From Bacteroidota bacterium (GTDB lineage Bacteria > Bacteroidota > Ignavibacteria > Ignavibacteriales > SURF-24): 64,000 nt of DNA. The notes below the pieces were generated by a model. That model saw nothing but the letters and a program-made list of their open reading frames with translations, did no database searches and was not told where the DNA came from. The stretch spans positions 344 through 64,343 of the forward strand of contig JBLMZS010000055.1 of NCBI GenBank assembly GCA_050258935.1. Reading direction: 5' to 3'. The position numbers were made by a program, and so were the translations under genes. This document shows positions 10,423-19,826 of the stretch, piece after piece. Each line of letters opens with the position of its first letter. Within the stretch, counting starts at the first letter, position 1.

Positions 10423-11805
10423 ATGCATTCCAAAGTTCTTGAAAAATGCAACCGGATGATCGAAGAGATGAATATTGAATTTGTTGATCTCAAGTGCATC
10501 GACCTTTCCGGCCGGCTCCACCACATTTCTCTTCCTGTTTATCCCGGTCTCTTAGAAAAACTTTTATATGAGGGCGTCGGTTTCGACGGTTCCAGCTACG
10601 GATTCAGCAAAGTTGAAAACAGCGACATGATACTGATACCCGATCTGGAAACTGCTGTGCTCGATCCCTTCAGAGATGCTCCCACGCTCAGTTTTTATTC
10701 ACACATAGTCCTTACCGACGAAGACAGAACCCCGTTTTCGCAGGACGGCAGGTACCTGGCCAAAAAAGCCGAGAGTCTGCTGAAGGAAATTACCGGTGCT
10801 GATAAATCACTGTGGGGTCCTGAGTTTGAATTTTATATTTTCTCCAAAGTTGAATACGATACACGCACTGCCGCCTCGTACTACCGGGTCGAGCATGCGG
10901 AAGAGTTTTATAAAAAAGCATATCACGCTGCCAATCCGTTCGACGTTTATGACGATTTCCGCGATGAGGCGTGCAAACTGCTCCAGAGGTTCGGCATCAG
11001 GGTGAAGTATCATCATCACGAAGCAGGGGAAAGGGGACAGCAGGAAATAGAGACCTATTTCTCAGACCTGCTTTCTACTGCTGATAATATTGTGACCAGC
11101 AAGTACGCACTGTTCAATTATGCCCGTCAGAAAGACTTGTTTGTTACATTCATGCCCAAGCCGATGTATCAGCAGGCGGGTAATGGAATGCACCTGCATC
11201 TCTATCTCACAAAGGACGGGAAGAATGCTTTTTACCAGAAAGGTGAGTACGGAAATATTAACGAGCTGGGACGTTTCTTTATAGGCGGCATGCTGAAACA
11301 CGGTCCTGCGTTATCAGCATTTACAAACCCCAGTACAAATTCCTACAAACGCCTCGTCCCGGGTTTTGAAGCACCGGTCGCTCTTACCTACGGACAGGGT
11401 AACCGCGCTTCTGCAATACGCATACCGAAATATGTCATCAATCCTGAAGAAACAAGATTTGAATACAGACCGCCCGATGCAACTGCGAATCCGTATCTGT
11501 GTCTTACCGCAATGCTTCTGGCTGGCATAGACGGCGTGGTAAATAAGATTGATCCAGTAAAGGAGGGCTTCGGGCCCGTAGATAAAAATTTCATGGATGA
11601 AGGCTATAAGGAAAAAATTCACTTCCTGCCGAGAAATCTCTCAGAAGCCCTAGATGCTCTCGCAGTGGATAACGAGTTTCTGAAACGCGGCGATATTTTC
11701 AGCAATGAACTGCTGCAGCAGTGGGTCAAGCTGAAAGAAGAAGAGATCAAATCGATAGGGACAATGCCGCATCCGTTTGAATACAAAATGTATTTCAGCC
11801 TTTAG
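10423..11805 (+). CDS. glnA: Glutamine synthetase, type I
   Basis: Blocks FMPKPMYQQAGNGMHLHLYL, NPSTNSYKRLVPGFEAPV and GNRASAIRIP are present. I chose ATG 10423 (SD GAGAGG at 10414-10419) over the TTG at 10399 used by the ORF track. Confidence 0.88.
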   Translation: MHSKVLEKCNRMIEEMNIEFVDLKCIDLSGRLHHISLPVYPGLLEKLLYEGVGFDGSSYGFSKVENSDMILIPDLETAVLDPFRDAPTLSFYSHIVLTDEDRTPFSQDGRYLAKKAESLLKEITGADKSLWGPEFEFYIFSKVEYDTRTAASYYRVEHAEEFYKKAYHAANPFDVYDDFRDEACKLLQRFGIRVKYHHHEAGERGQQEIETYFSDLLSTADNIVTSKYALFNYARQKDLFVTFMPKPMYQQAGNGMHLHLYLTKDGKNAFYQKGEYGNINELGRFFIGGMLKHGPALSAFTNPSTNSYKRLVPGFEAPVALTYGQGNRASAIRIPKYVINPEETRFEYRPPDATANPYLCLTAMLLAGIDGVVNKIDPVKEGFGPVDKNFMDEGYKEKIHFLPRNLSEALDALAVDNEFLKRGDIFSNELLQQWVKLKEEEIKSIGTMPHPFEYKMYFSL

Positions 11806-11829
11806 GTCGCTAATAACAAATTTTTCGTA

Positions 11830-11851
11830 GAGACAGGGCAAGCCCTGTCTC
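11830..11851. terminator. Hairpin between convergent glnA and nanE (terminator-like, no U-tract)
   Basis: GAGACAGGGC-aa-GCCCTGTCTC forms a perfect 10-bp stem. Confidence 0.45.
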
Positions 11852-11885
11852 TCGCGTAAAATACCCATGTGTCTGCGCGTAATAA

Positions 11886-12587
11886 TCACCCATTCTTTAT
11901 CGCATCAACATACCAGCCGGTGACAATTCTGGGACGCGTAATCGCGGTACCAACAACAACAGCCCATGCGCCGCTGCGTATCATAACATTAGCCCACTCG
12001 GGTGAATTGACCCTGCCTTCTGCTATTACAGGAATGCTGCTTACAGATACCAATGACTGCAATAATTCGACATCTGGCCTGTCATGCGGCAGGTGCTGCG
12101 TTTCGGGTGTATAACCGCTCAGAGTGGTGGAAAGGCAGTCTGCTCCGCTGTTCAGGCAGGCCTTGCCATCCTCAAAAGTCGATATATCTGCCATGATAGG
12201 GAAGTTGTACCGTTTCTTCACCTCTTCAATAAATTCAGGGCCGCGGTAGCTGCCCTCGCGCATACGGAAGGTACCGTCAATTGCTATAATATCGCAGCCC
12301 GTCTCTATGAGGTCTTCTACTGCCCTGAACGAACCTGTTATGCACACCAGTCCGTCCGGGAATTTTGTCTTCAGCAGACCTATTACCGGCAGCTTGACCG
12401 ATTCGACTATACTCTTTGTTTTTTCTATTCCCTGCGACCTGATACCTGCTGCACCGCCCATCTCTGCTGCCTTTGCAAACAGCGAGACATATTCGGGGGT
12501 ATTAAACGGATCAGGTTCCTCTGACTGACACGATACTATCAGTCCTCCTTTGACCTTTTCAAAAAATGGTAACATATTATGCTTCAT
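11886..12587 (-). CDS. nanE: N-acetylmannosamine-6-phosphate 2-epimerase-like protein
   Basis: 233 aa. GLIVSCQSEEPDPFN..., AAGIRSQG, IIAIDGT, PIMADIST and AVVVGTAITRP match my memory of NanE-family TIM barrels. Confidence 0.78.
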   Translation of the reverse strand: MKHNMLPFFEKVKGGLIVSCQSEEPDPFNTPEYVSLFAKAAEMGGAAGIRSQGIEKTKSIVESVKLPVIGLLKTKFPDGLVCITGSFRAVEDLIETGCDIIAIDGTFRMREGSYRGPEFIEEVKKRYNFPIMADISTFEDGKACLNSGADCLSTTLSGYTPETQHLPHDRPDVELLQSLVSVSSIPVIAEGRVNSPEWANVMIRSGAWAVVVGTAITRPRIVTGWYVDAIKNG

Positions 12588-12607
12588 ATTTTAATACTAA
12601 CAAAAGT

Positions 12608-13438
12608 TTAAGTTAAAAATTCCTTTTCAGCATCGTATCCGCTGCCTATAAGTACGGCAATATCGGGTGATGCTCCAATATGGCACGGGTCATTTGTTTC
12701 CGGATATGAGTAGAGTATATGCGGCTGTGCGGGAACTATCTGTATCCTTCTGCCGCTTCCGGAAAGCCGGTCACTTACAAAAGTGAAAATTTCCTGTGAA
12801 CGTTTTTCGACGAGCAGGGGATCTGTTTCAATGACGTCATATGAAAGCCATATCCGTCCATCAGAAAGAGTGCACAACCTGCTAAGTCCCTGGTAATCCT
12901 CCTGCAGCGCGGGCATTTCTGAAGTCCCGGCACTGAGAAAAATATTGTGCCTCTGGCAGACCGGTTCAGGCTGCGCATATCCGGCAGATATCAGAAGTCT
13001 GTGGTCAGCTGAAGCATCTGTGAGATGTTCCGAGACAACTTCGATAATCCCTTCCTTGCCCAGCAGCTGCAGATAAAAGCAGTTGTCATAATAATGAGTT
13101 TTCATGGGCTGAACATGATAGAGAACTTCAATCCCGTGTTCTGACAGCTCACTCTGCAGTGTGTACTTGAGTATTTCAGGATTCAGAAGAGAAAGCTCTT
13201 CATATTCATATAATGAACTGCAATTTTCGGATCTGTATTTTTCCAGTATATTGCGGATAATGCCGCTGCACTGATTGCCGGGCATTTCCTGCAGGCAGTT
13301 CAGGCTTTCGGTAATGCTCCCGCCAGGAAATCCGTAGTAGTTAAGGAGCAGGACATCTTTGCCCTGAAGTTTGTTTTCTATTGCCGCAACAATTCCCCTG
13401 ACAGTTGCTCCGTATATTACAATATCATATTTTTTCAT
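12608..13438 (-). CDS. Short Rossmann-like protein (FAD-dependent-oxidoreductase-like N-terminus, degenerate dinucleotide motif)
   Basis: 276 aa. The N-terminus KYDIVIYGATVRGIVAAIENKLQGKDVLLLNYYGFPGGSITES resembles the FAD_oxidored-type beta-alpha-beta fold. However, GxGxxG is replaced by YGATVRG, and the protein is far shorter than such enzymes. Confidence 0.4.
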   Translation of the reverse strand: MKKYDIVIYGATVRGIVAAIENKLQGKDVLLLNYYGFPGGSITESLNCLQEMPGNQCSGIIRNILEKYRSENCSSLYEYEELSLLNPEILKYTLQSELSEHGIEVLYHVQPMKTHYYDNCFYLQLLGKEGIIEVVSEHLTDASADHRLLISAGYAQPEPVCQRHNIFLSAGTSEMPALQEDYQGLSRLCTLSDGRIWLSYDVIETDPLLVEKRSQEIFTFVSDRLSGSGRRIQIVPAQPHILYSYPETNDPCHIGASPDIAVLIGSGYDAEKEFLT

Positions 13439-13455
13439 ATCGTTATTACCGTAGT

Positions 13456-15612
13456 TTATTTTTTCTTTGCTGCAATCACGACTACAGGATCTGAAGGCGA
13501 GGCCTTTTTCAGTTCAATATCAGTCATTGCGACTATCTGTGATTCCTGTATCAGTCCCGTCATGTCGATGATTTTTGCAGACATGAGCAGGAATATATCG
13601 GGCACCAGTGCTCCGGCATCTCCGAAAGTGGTAAGTGATGATACCATTTCTTTGATCTTCGATTTCACGTCTGCAGCTGTGACTTCTTCTACCATACAGT
13701 CGTTGACCTGAAGCTTTATAGTTCCTTCTCGGTCTATAACCCTGACTTTTCTATTTTTCTGCTTAACCAGTCCGAACAGGTGTTTTTCAGTTTCATCAAA
13801 TGTAACTGCTGTCAGGAAAGCGGTCCTGCCTGACACACTGAGTTCTGAGGTGCCGGCCTTGAATGATAAGGCTGCGATGTTTAATATATCTTTTTCCGTA
13901 AGGGTTTTTATATCGAGATCCCTTGCTCTCATTTCGCTTGAGCCCATTGCAACTGCAATAACGCGTTTATTTTTAGGATCGATCTCTACTGTCACTTCGA
14001 TGGATTCCGGAATGGCGCCCATTGCCTGGACCGAATTCATTGCCTCAAGCCGCATGGAAAGTATATCGGCCTCTGTAGGATTAATAATATTCCGTTCAAC
14101 TGAATCGCGTATGATTCCAAGTGCAGCCCCAATGGCAGAGATCACTTCAGTATTTTCAGCTATCTTATGCTGAATTTTCATGTGTTCAGCAGTATATGGA
14201 ACTATTGCTGAAGCGCCGCCGCCGCCGCCGACAAATTGTACAAGGTCGCGGTCCAGTTTATATTCGCGTTCAAGCTGCTTTATGACCGGTTCAATTTTTT
14301 CGGCAGATATTCTGAGTATTTCAGCGGCAATTTCCTTCGCATCCCGTTTGAATGCACGAGAGAGGGAAGCGAAGCACTCATTGACTGCTTTCATGTTTGC
14401 CGAGCCATGACCTACTTCCTTTACAAGCTGCAGGAAATAAGAAGCGCTTGTAGGAGTAACAGTGTACTTTTCATCGCTGCAGTCTTTGACTTTAATAGCC
14501 ATATAATCGTCAGGATCACCCTTTACCGGGCAAACTTTTTCCAGTTCTATATCCGTAAAGTCCGTACCGTTGGCGTACGCTGTATAGTGGAGGTTTGCGA
14601 TATGTGCGCTGCGCGGACCTACGTCAGTGATCCTGTTGCCGGAGAAGCGTGGAACAGAACCGCCCGCAATACCCAGTGTCCTTACATCGAGTGTGCGCAG
14701 ATATAATCTGTTCTTTCCTATCTGAGCGCTTTTAACCTGTGGCTTGCCGTTCTTGATCACGGAGATGTCAGTAGATGTTCCGCCGACCTCAAGGAATATA
14801 CCGTCTGAAACCTTTGCATACATCAGTGCAGCTGCAACACCGGCGGCAGGGCCTGAGAGCATAGTAAGTATGGGACGCTTGCGCATTTCGTTGATATCCA
14901 TTATACCGCCGTCAGAACGCATAACCATCAGCGGTGCTTTTATTCCGCTTTCGCGCACCGACTTTTCTGTCATATTCGCAGTCTCGAGCATTTTAGGCAT
15001 CATACTGGCATTTATGATTGCAGTGCGAGTGCGGACACGGAGTCCGTATAATTTCGAAATTTTGCTTGCAGCAGTTGCCATCAGTCCCAGCCGTTCTGCT
15101 ATATCCACGACAAATTCTTCATTTGACGGATTGTCCACACCGAATGCTTCGGAAGCAACTATTACCTGGGCTCCTTCGGATACGAGATGTTTGATAATAC
15201 TTTCAACACTGTCTTTCCATCCTGTCTGACTGACGTCGATGAAACTGTATCTGGTCTGCAGGAATTTACCGGGAGAGAGTTCGATATTGTTGAGGTTGCT
15301 TTCTGTTTTGGCTCTCTTTCCTTCAAACCCTTTTCCCATTCCTATTACGCCAACCGTTGCCACATCGCCTTCGAGCAGTGCATTTGTTGCCTGAGTTGTC
15401 GAATGAGCAATGAGTATAATATCATCCGGGTTAATACCTGCCTGATTTATCAGCTGCTGCATCGATTGAACGACACCTTTAGCCACACCTTCCTTTGCTT
15501 TATGTGTAGTTGGTACGCAGGATTTGCCGATGATGGAATAATCTGTTATATCCACTGCGACAGCGTGCGTAAAGGTTCCGCCCACATCAATGCCGATTTT
15601 GATCTTTCTCAT
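13456..15612 (-). CDS. Hydantoinase/oxoprolinase (HyuA-like) ASKHA-fold family protein
   Basis: 718 aa. It carries ASKHA phosphate motifs [13 protein letters not shown] and [14 protein letters not shown], plus [10 protein letters not shown]. No HyuB-type partner is present nearby. Confidence 0.72.
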   Translation of the reverse strand: MRKIKIGIDVGGTFTHAVAVDITDYSIIGKSCVPTTHKAKEGVAKGVVQSMQQLINQAGINPDDIILIAHSTTQATNALLEGDVATVGVIGMGKGFEGKRAKTESNLNNIELSPGKFLQTRYSFIDVSQTGWKDSVESIIKHLVSEGAQVIVASEAFGVDNPSNEEFVVDIAERLGLMATAASKISKLYGLRVRTRTAIINASMMPKMLETANMTEKSVRESGIKAPLMVMRSDGGIMDINEMRKRPILTMLSGPAAGVAAALMYAKVSDGIFLEVGGTSTDISVIKNGKPQVKSAQIGKNRLYLRTLDVRTLGIAGGSVPRFSGNRITDVGPRSAHIANLHYTAYANGTDFTDIELEKVCPVKGDPDDYMAIKVKDCSDEKYTVTPTSASYFLQLVKEVGHGSANMKAVNECFASLSRAFKRDAKEIAAEILRISAEKIEPVIKQLEREYKLDRDLVQFVGGGGGASAIVPYTAEHMKIQHKIAENTEVISAIGAALGIIRDSVERNIINPTEADILSMRLEAMNSVQAMGAIPESIEVTVEIDPKNKRVIAVAMGSSEMRARDLDIKTLTEKDILNIAALSFKAGTSELSVSGRTAFLTAVTFDETEKHLFGLVKQKNRKVRVIDREGTIKLQVNDCMVEEVTAADVKSKIKEMVSSLTTFGDAGALVPDIFLLMSAKIIDMTGLIQESQIVAMTDIELKKASPSDPVVVIAAKKK

Positions 15613-15652
15613 ATTATGGATCTTTTAAATTAAAATTTTTAACCAGTATAAA

Positions 15653-17122
15653 TTACATGAACATGTACGCCGAAACGCACAGTCCGAGGAATGCGAGCAC
15701 CCATGTATAGACGATTGTGTTCCAGAGTACTTTCTGTACATCTACCTGCATCTCATTTGCGAGCCAGACGTTATGCGTATTTGTCGGATCGCTGATTCCC
15801 TGAATTTGTCCGACTGCCAGCAATAGTCCCATAACAGCACCGGGGTTCATGCCGCTTGCAAGAAAAGCCGCTGCAATGCCGTAGCCCATGCCCCAGACGT
15901 TCAACGGGCCCCTGTAGAGGGCAAGCGGCGATGCAAGTGTAAATATCAGTATGTATGACAGGGGATTGTGCGGAACAATCTGCATCATAAGCGGCTTGAG
16001 CAGGTTCAGCACCGGCCAGCCGTTCGGGTATGCCTCCAGTTTCAGTCCGGGACCCATGATTGCATTCAGCAGCATTCCGATACCGAACATCAGTACAACC
16101 GCAGGCATCACAAGTCCGCCGCCTTCAAATATGGAGCGTACGAACAGGTTCATATGACCCTTCTTATACGTTGCAATAAAGCAGTAGACAATGCCTACTA
16201 TAAACGCTGCAATGAAGTCAATGTTGAATATCAGTATCAGGAACAAAGGTATTACCGGAGTAAAATATGAACTCCAGTGTACTTCTTCGGACTGTTTTTT
16301 CATGAACAGACGCGCAACATTCAGGAGGAACAGTATGGTGATACAGGCTGCAATAAACATCTTCAGGTAGAAACCCGTCTGGACAAGCATGTAATTTACG
16401 GCACTGCGTGAGCCGTCACTCAGTATATTGTAGTAAATAACATAGAGCAGAACAGCGGCAGCCATTACAAGAATACTGCGGAAAATTATTTTTTTCAGAT
16501 TAAGATCGTGACCGTCCTTATACAGCTGTATGGTTATATATATAAGAGCGGCTATGAATGTCATTCCGAACATGGTCAGAGCAAAAGGTCTGACCTGATC
16601 GATGGTAAGTCCCATAACGCTGACATATACAGCCCAGTTACCAACGTTCAGCGTTCCGCCAATGGAAAGTCCGATCAGGAATATACCTACGATGGTCATT
16701 GGACCAATACCGACAGAAGCCATAATCGGCAGAACTATAGTTGCCACCATTATAATAGCTCCCAGTCCCCCGAGCGTGGTAAACAGAAGCGTTATCAGTG
16801 AAAGCATTATGACAGCGATTATCCAGGGATTGTCGCCGGACAATTCAGCACCCTTCTTAATAAAACTTTCGGCAATGCCGGTCTTCTGAAGTATGACGCT
16901 CAGCATGCTTCCGAACATGGCGACCGTATAGGCGTTGTACAGTTTAAGCGAACCTTGACCGACGACGTAATGTATGATATCGGGCATCTCAATTCCGCCG
17001 ATCAGGGCTATCAGGACTGCCATCAATGGAAGTGCGATTAGGGCCGGAATTTTTCTGAGGAACATTGAAAAAGCCATTGCCAGAAATACTGCTATAAGGA
17101 GAATGATCTGTAAAATTTCCAT
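15653..17122 (-). CDS. Polytopic permease, ion-transporter (IT) superfamily-like (CitMHS/GntP/NhaC-like)
   Basis: 489 aa and hydrophobic nearly throughout, with about 12 or more TM segments. It is the first gene of the nanE operon, and the substrate is unknown. Confidence 0.55.
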   Translation of the reverse strand: MEILQIILLIAVFLAMAFSMFLRKIPALIALPLMAVLIALIGGIEMPDIIHYVVGQGSLKLYNAYTVAMFGSMLSVILQKTGIAESFIKKGAELSGDNPWIIAVIMLSLITLLFTTLGGLGAIIMVATIVLPIMASVGIGPMTIVGIFLIGLSIGGTLNVGNWAVYVSVMGLTIDQVRPFALTMFGMTFIAALIYITIQLYKDGHDLNLKKIIFRSILVMAAAVLLYVIYYNILSDGSRSAVNYMLVQTGFYLKMFIAACITILFLLNVARLFMKKQSEEVHWSSYFTPVIPLFLILIFNIDFIAAFIVGIVYCFIATYKKGHMNLFVRSIFEGGGLVMPAVVLMFGIGMLLNAIMGPGLKLEAYPNGWPVLNLLKPLMMQIVPHNPLSYILIFTLASPLALYRGPLNVWGMGYGIAAAFLASGMNPGAVMGLLLAVGQIQGISDPTNTHNVWLANEMQVDVQKVLWNTIVYTWVLAFLGLCVSAYMFM

Positions 17123-17251
17123 AGGTTGTATTTATAATAATTAAAAAAGTAATCTTTTATCGTGGGCAAGCTGAATAAGATAATACAAATATGAAGATCA
17201 AATCAGCGTGAACAAAGTTAACGACTTTGGCCGTAAAAGAAAATACGGGCC

Positions 17252-17279
17252 AGCACAAAATCATGCGGGATTTTGTGCT
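17252..17279 (-). terminator. Hairpin straddling the stop codon of the POT transporter gene
   Basis: AGCACAAAATC (17252-17262) pairs with GATTTTGTGCT (17269-17279) in an 11-bp perfect stem. A T-rich tract follows on the minus-strand transcript. Confidence 0.55.
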
Positions 17280-18604
17280 TTATTTATTTTGTCCAGTCTG
17301 GAAGTTATCTGATTGTATATGATCAGGGCAACAGCGGCGGTAAATCCTATTGCTGCAAAATAGAACCAGATATAATACGAATGATCGTATGCCGTTGCCA
17401 GCTGCGCCTGAGTCAGAGTTTTGGGATCAGGTGCATAAGCAGTAAGCAGATAACCCGAAAGTCCGAAGCCCAGAAGTGAAGCCAGGAAAGAATGCAGATG
17501 ACTGAATCCGAGATACAAGCCTTCTTCACCCTTGGGCGCCTGCAGAGAGAAAAATTCCAGATACCGCGGCGAGATGAATGATTCTGCGAGTCCCTGGAAC
17601 ACGATGCCTACTATCATCATTATTGTTACCGGATGGGCCGTAAAGAACCCTAACACAGAAACATTTATTCCTGCAAAATGTTCGAGCAGCGAACTGGAGG
17701 CCATACAGAGCGCCGATATGGGCATCAGGAACATACCTACTGTCATTGAAGTTACTGCTTTTACTTTTCTCATTATATGAGTAATAAGCACGACAGTGGT
17801 CATTACTATGAACGGGTTGACGTTTGCAATCCATTCAGGTGAGGCGTTTTCACCCACGAGGCGTAAAACATATTTGGGCATAGTGGCATAAAGCTGGTGC
17901 TGTATTATCCAGAAGCCGGTCACTATAATGATCAGTGTCAGGAGTCTTGCGTTTGACAGAACCTTCTTGAACCCTTTCCATACCTCCTGGAGAGATTTGC
18001 CTTCTCCTGCAATTTCCACATTTTTGTAGAAGAAATAGACAACGATGAGTGCCAGCAGCGTCATAGCTGAAGCGTAGAAATTGATCGATTCGAGTCCCCA
18101 CTTGAGACGCAGGGGATAGGCGAATGTCTTGCCCAGAAATGAACCGACATTGACCAATCCGTAAAATATGGAATATGCTCTGGCGCGGTTTTCCTGGTTT
18201 GTAGTCTTGGCCACTGTTCCGGTAATAATGGATTTGATAAACGAGCCGCCAAACATCAGCACTACTATCGCGGGCAATACAGTAGCCTTGTAGGGCAGTG
18301 CGCCCAGAGTAAAGTAACCGACAGACAGAAGGCTGAAAGCCAGTATGATGGCTCTCCTGAATCCAATCTTATCTGCAAGTGCGCCTGTAAAAGTAGGCAG
18401 GAAATATAATCCTGCAGAAAAAATGCCGCCGATCCAGGCAGCCCAGATATCGTTATATCCGACCACCCGGGTCAGGTAAAGTGTGATGGCGATGAATACA
18501 GCATAATATGCCGATCTCTCGAAAAGTTCTACAATATTGGCTGTCCAGAATGCAGCAGGGAATTTCCATGTCTGCTTTGGATTGATTTCTTTTCCTTCAT
18601 TCAT
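17261..18604 (-). CDS. MFS transporter, POT/PTR2 (proton-dependent oligopeptide transporter) family
   Basis: 447 aa. It has the POT signature-like VELFERSAYYAVF (ExxERFxYY) near the N-terminus and about 12 TM segments. Confidence 0.8.
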   Translation of the reverse strand: MNEGKEINPKQTWKFPAAFWTANIVELFERSAYYAVFIAITLYLTRVVGYNDIWAAWIGGIFSAGLYFLPTFTGALADKIGFRRAIILAFSLLSVGYFTLGALPYKATVLPAIVVLMFGGSFIKSIITGTVAKTTNQENRARAYSIFYGLVNVGSFLGKTFAYPLRLKWGLESINFYASAMTLLALIVVYFFYKNVEIAGEGKSLQEVWKGFKKVLSNARLLTLIIIVTGFWIIQHQLYATMPKYVLRLVGENASPEWIANVNPFIVMTTVVLITHIMRKVKAVTSMTVGMFLMPISALCMASSSLLEHFAGINVSVLGFFTAHPVTIMMIVGIVFQGLAESFISPRYLEFFSLQAPKGEEGLYLGFSHLHSFLASLLGFGLSGYLLTAYAPDPKTLTQAQLATAYDHSYYIWFYFAAIGFTAAVALIIYNQITSRLDKINKAQNPA

Positions 18605-18673
18605 GATGTATTAATTTCACATTATTTGCAGAATTAGTAAATTAAAGCATTAAATATAAAGACTACCGGGGCT

Positions 18674-19771
18674 ATGAGCAAATTATTAAAGAATACTAAA
18701 AAAAAGGCGGGACAGTCACCCGGCTCGCTTATCTACACAGGTGACAAAAAAGAAAATGGTGCTGAGGTCCACTTAATCAGGTATAATGAAAAAGATATTT
18801 CGGAAAAAATATTCAGCCTGAAAAACGGTTCGCTCGAGGAGGAAATCCGTGGATTCAGGAAGAATGATGAAATACTGTGGATGAATCTCGATGGAATCCA
18901 GAATACTGAGGCAATCGGTAAAGCAGGTAAGGTGTTTCACATCCATCCTCTGACGCTCGAGGATATACTGAACATATCACACCGGCCCAAGGCTGAGGAT
19001 AATGAAAGCTACATCTTCGTGGTCATCAAGATGCTCTCATATGTTCAGGAGAGCAGGCAGGTCAAGTCGGAACAGCTCAGCATTATACTGAAAGAAAATT
19101 TGGTGCTGACATTTCAGGAGGACAAAGTAGATAACTTTGAAGCACTGAGGGAAAATATACGCAAGAGAAAAGGCCGCCTGCGCGACAGCGGTTCGGATTA
19201 TCTGAGTTACAGAGTGCTTGATACGGTGATCGACGATTATTTTGCGGTACTTGAATGCATAGGTGATGAACTCGAGACACTTGAGGATGAACTGCTCGAG
19301 AAACCCTCGCATAACACGCTTCAGAAACTATATCAGCTGAAGAACAACATGATCGCCATACGCAGGGCCGTCTGGCCTTTGAGGGAAGTGATAGCACTAC
19401 TGGAAAAATCGGACTCACCGCTTATCGATGTTTCAACCCGTCCGTTTATGAGGGATCTGTATGATCATATCGTACAGATCATCGATACAACGGAAAATTA
19501 CAGGGAAATGATTGCCGGCATGGTGGACATATATCTTTCGAGTACGAGCAACAGGCTGAACGAGATCATGAAAGTCCTGACCATAATTTCTACCATATTC
19601 ATTCCGCTGAATTTTATTGCGGGCGTATACGGCATGAATTTCAATACTGCTGCAAGCCGTCTGAATATGCCTGAGCTCAACTGGTATTACGGTTATCCGG
19701 CAGTGCTGTCTGTCATGCTTGTAGTTGCTATGCTGCTGGTTTTATTTTTCAGAAGGAAGAAATGGTTCTGA
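18674..19771 (+). CDS. corA: Magnesium/cobalt transporter CorA
   Basis: 365 aa with a cytoplasmic N-domain, the YGMNF motif (GVYGMNFN) before the last TM helix, and a basic C-terminus. Confidence 0.92.
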   Translation: MSKLLKNTKKKAGQSPGSLIYTGDKKENGAEVHLIRYNEKDISEKIFSLKNGSLEEEIRGFRKNDEILWMNLDGIQNTEAIGKAGKVFHIHPLTLEDILNISHRPKAEDNESYIFVVIKMLSYVQESRQVKSEQLSIILKENLVLTFQEDKVDNFEALRENIRKRKGRLRDSGSDYLSYRVLDTVIDDYFAVLECIGDELETLEDELLEKPSHNTLQKLYQLKNNMIAIRRAVWPLREVIALLEKSDSPLIDVSTRPFMRDLYDHIVQIIDTTENYREMIAGMVDIYLSSTSNRLNEIMKVLTIISTIFIPLNFIAGVYGMNFNTAASRLNMPELNWYYGYPAVLSVMLVVAMLLVLFFRRKKWF

Positions 19772-19783
19772 TGAGGTGATGGA

Positions 19784-19819
19784 TAAAAAAACGGCCCGCT
19801 GAAGGGGCCGTTTTTTTTT
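19784..19819. terminator. Bidirectional rho-independent terminator (corA / DHS-like gene)
   Basis: A7-ACGGCCC-gctgaag-GGGCCGT-T9 sits between convergent genes. Confidence 0.8.
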
Positions 19820-19826
19820 ATAATAC

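Noticed and set aside
14215-14229. A (GCC)5 microsatellite.
   Set aside because: It lies in frame within the HyuA-like gene and encodes the conserved GGGGG of [10 protein letters not shown]. It is not an independent feature.
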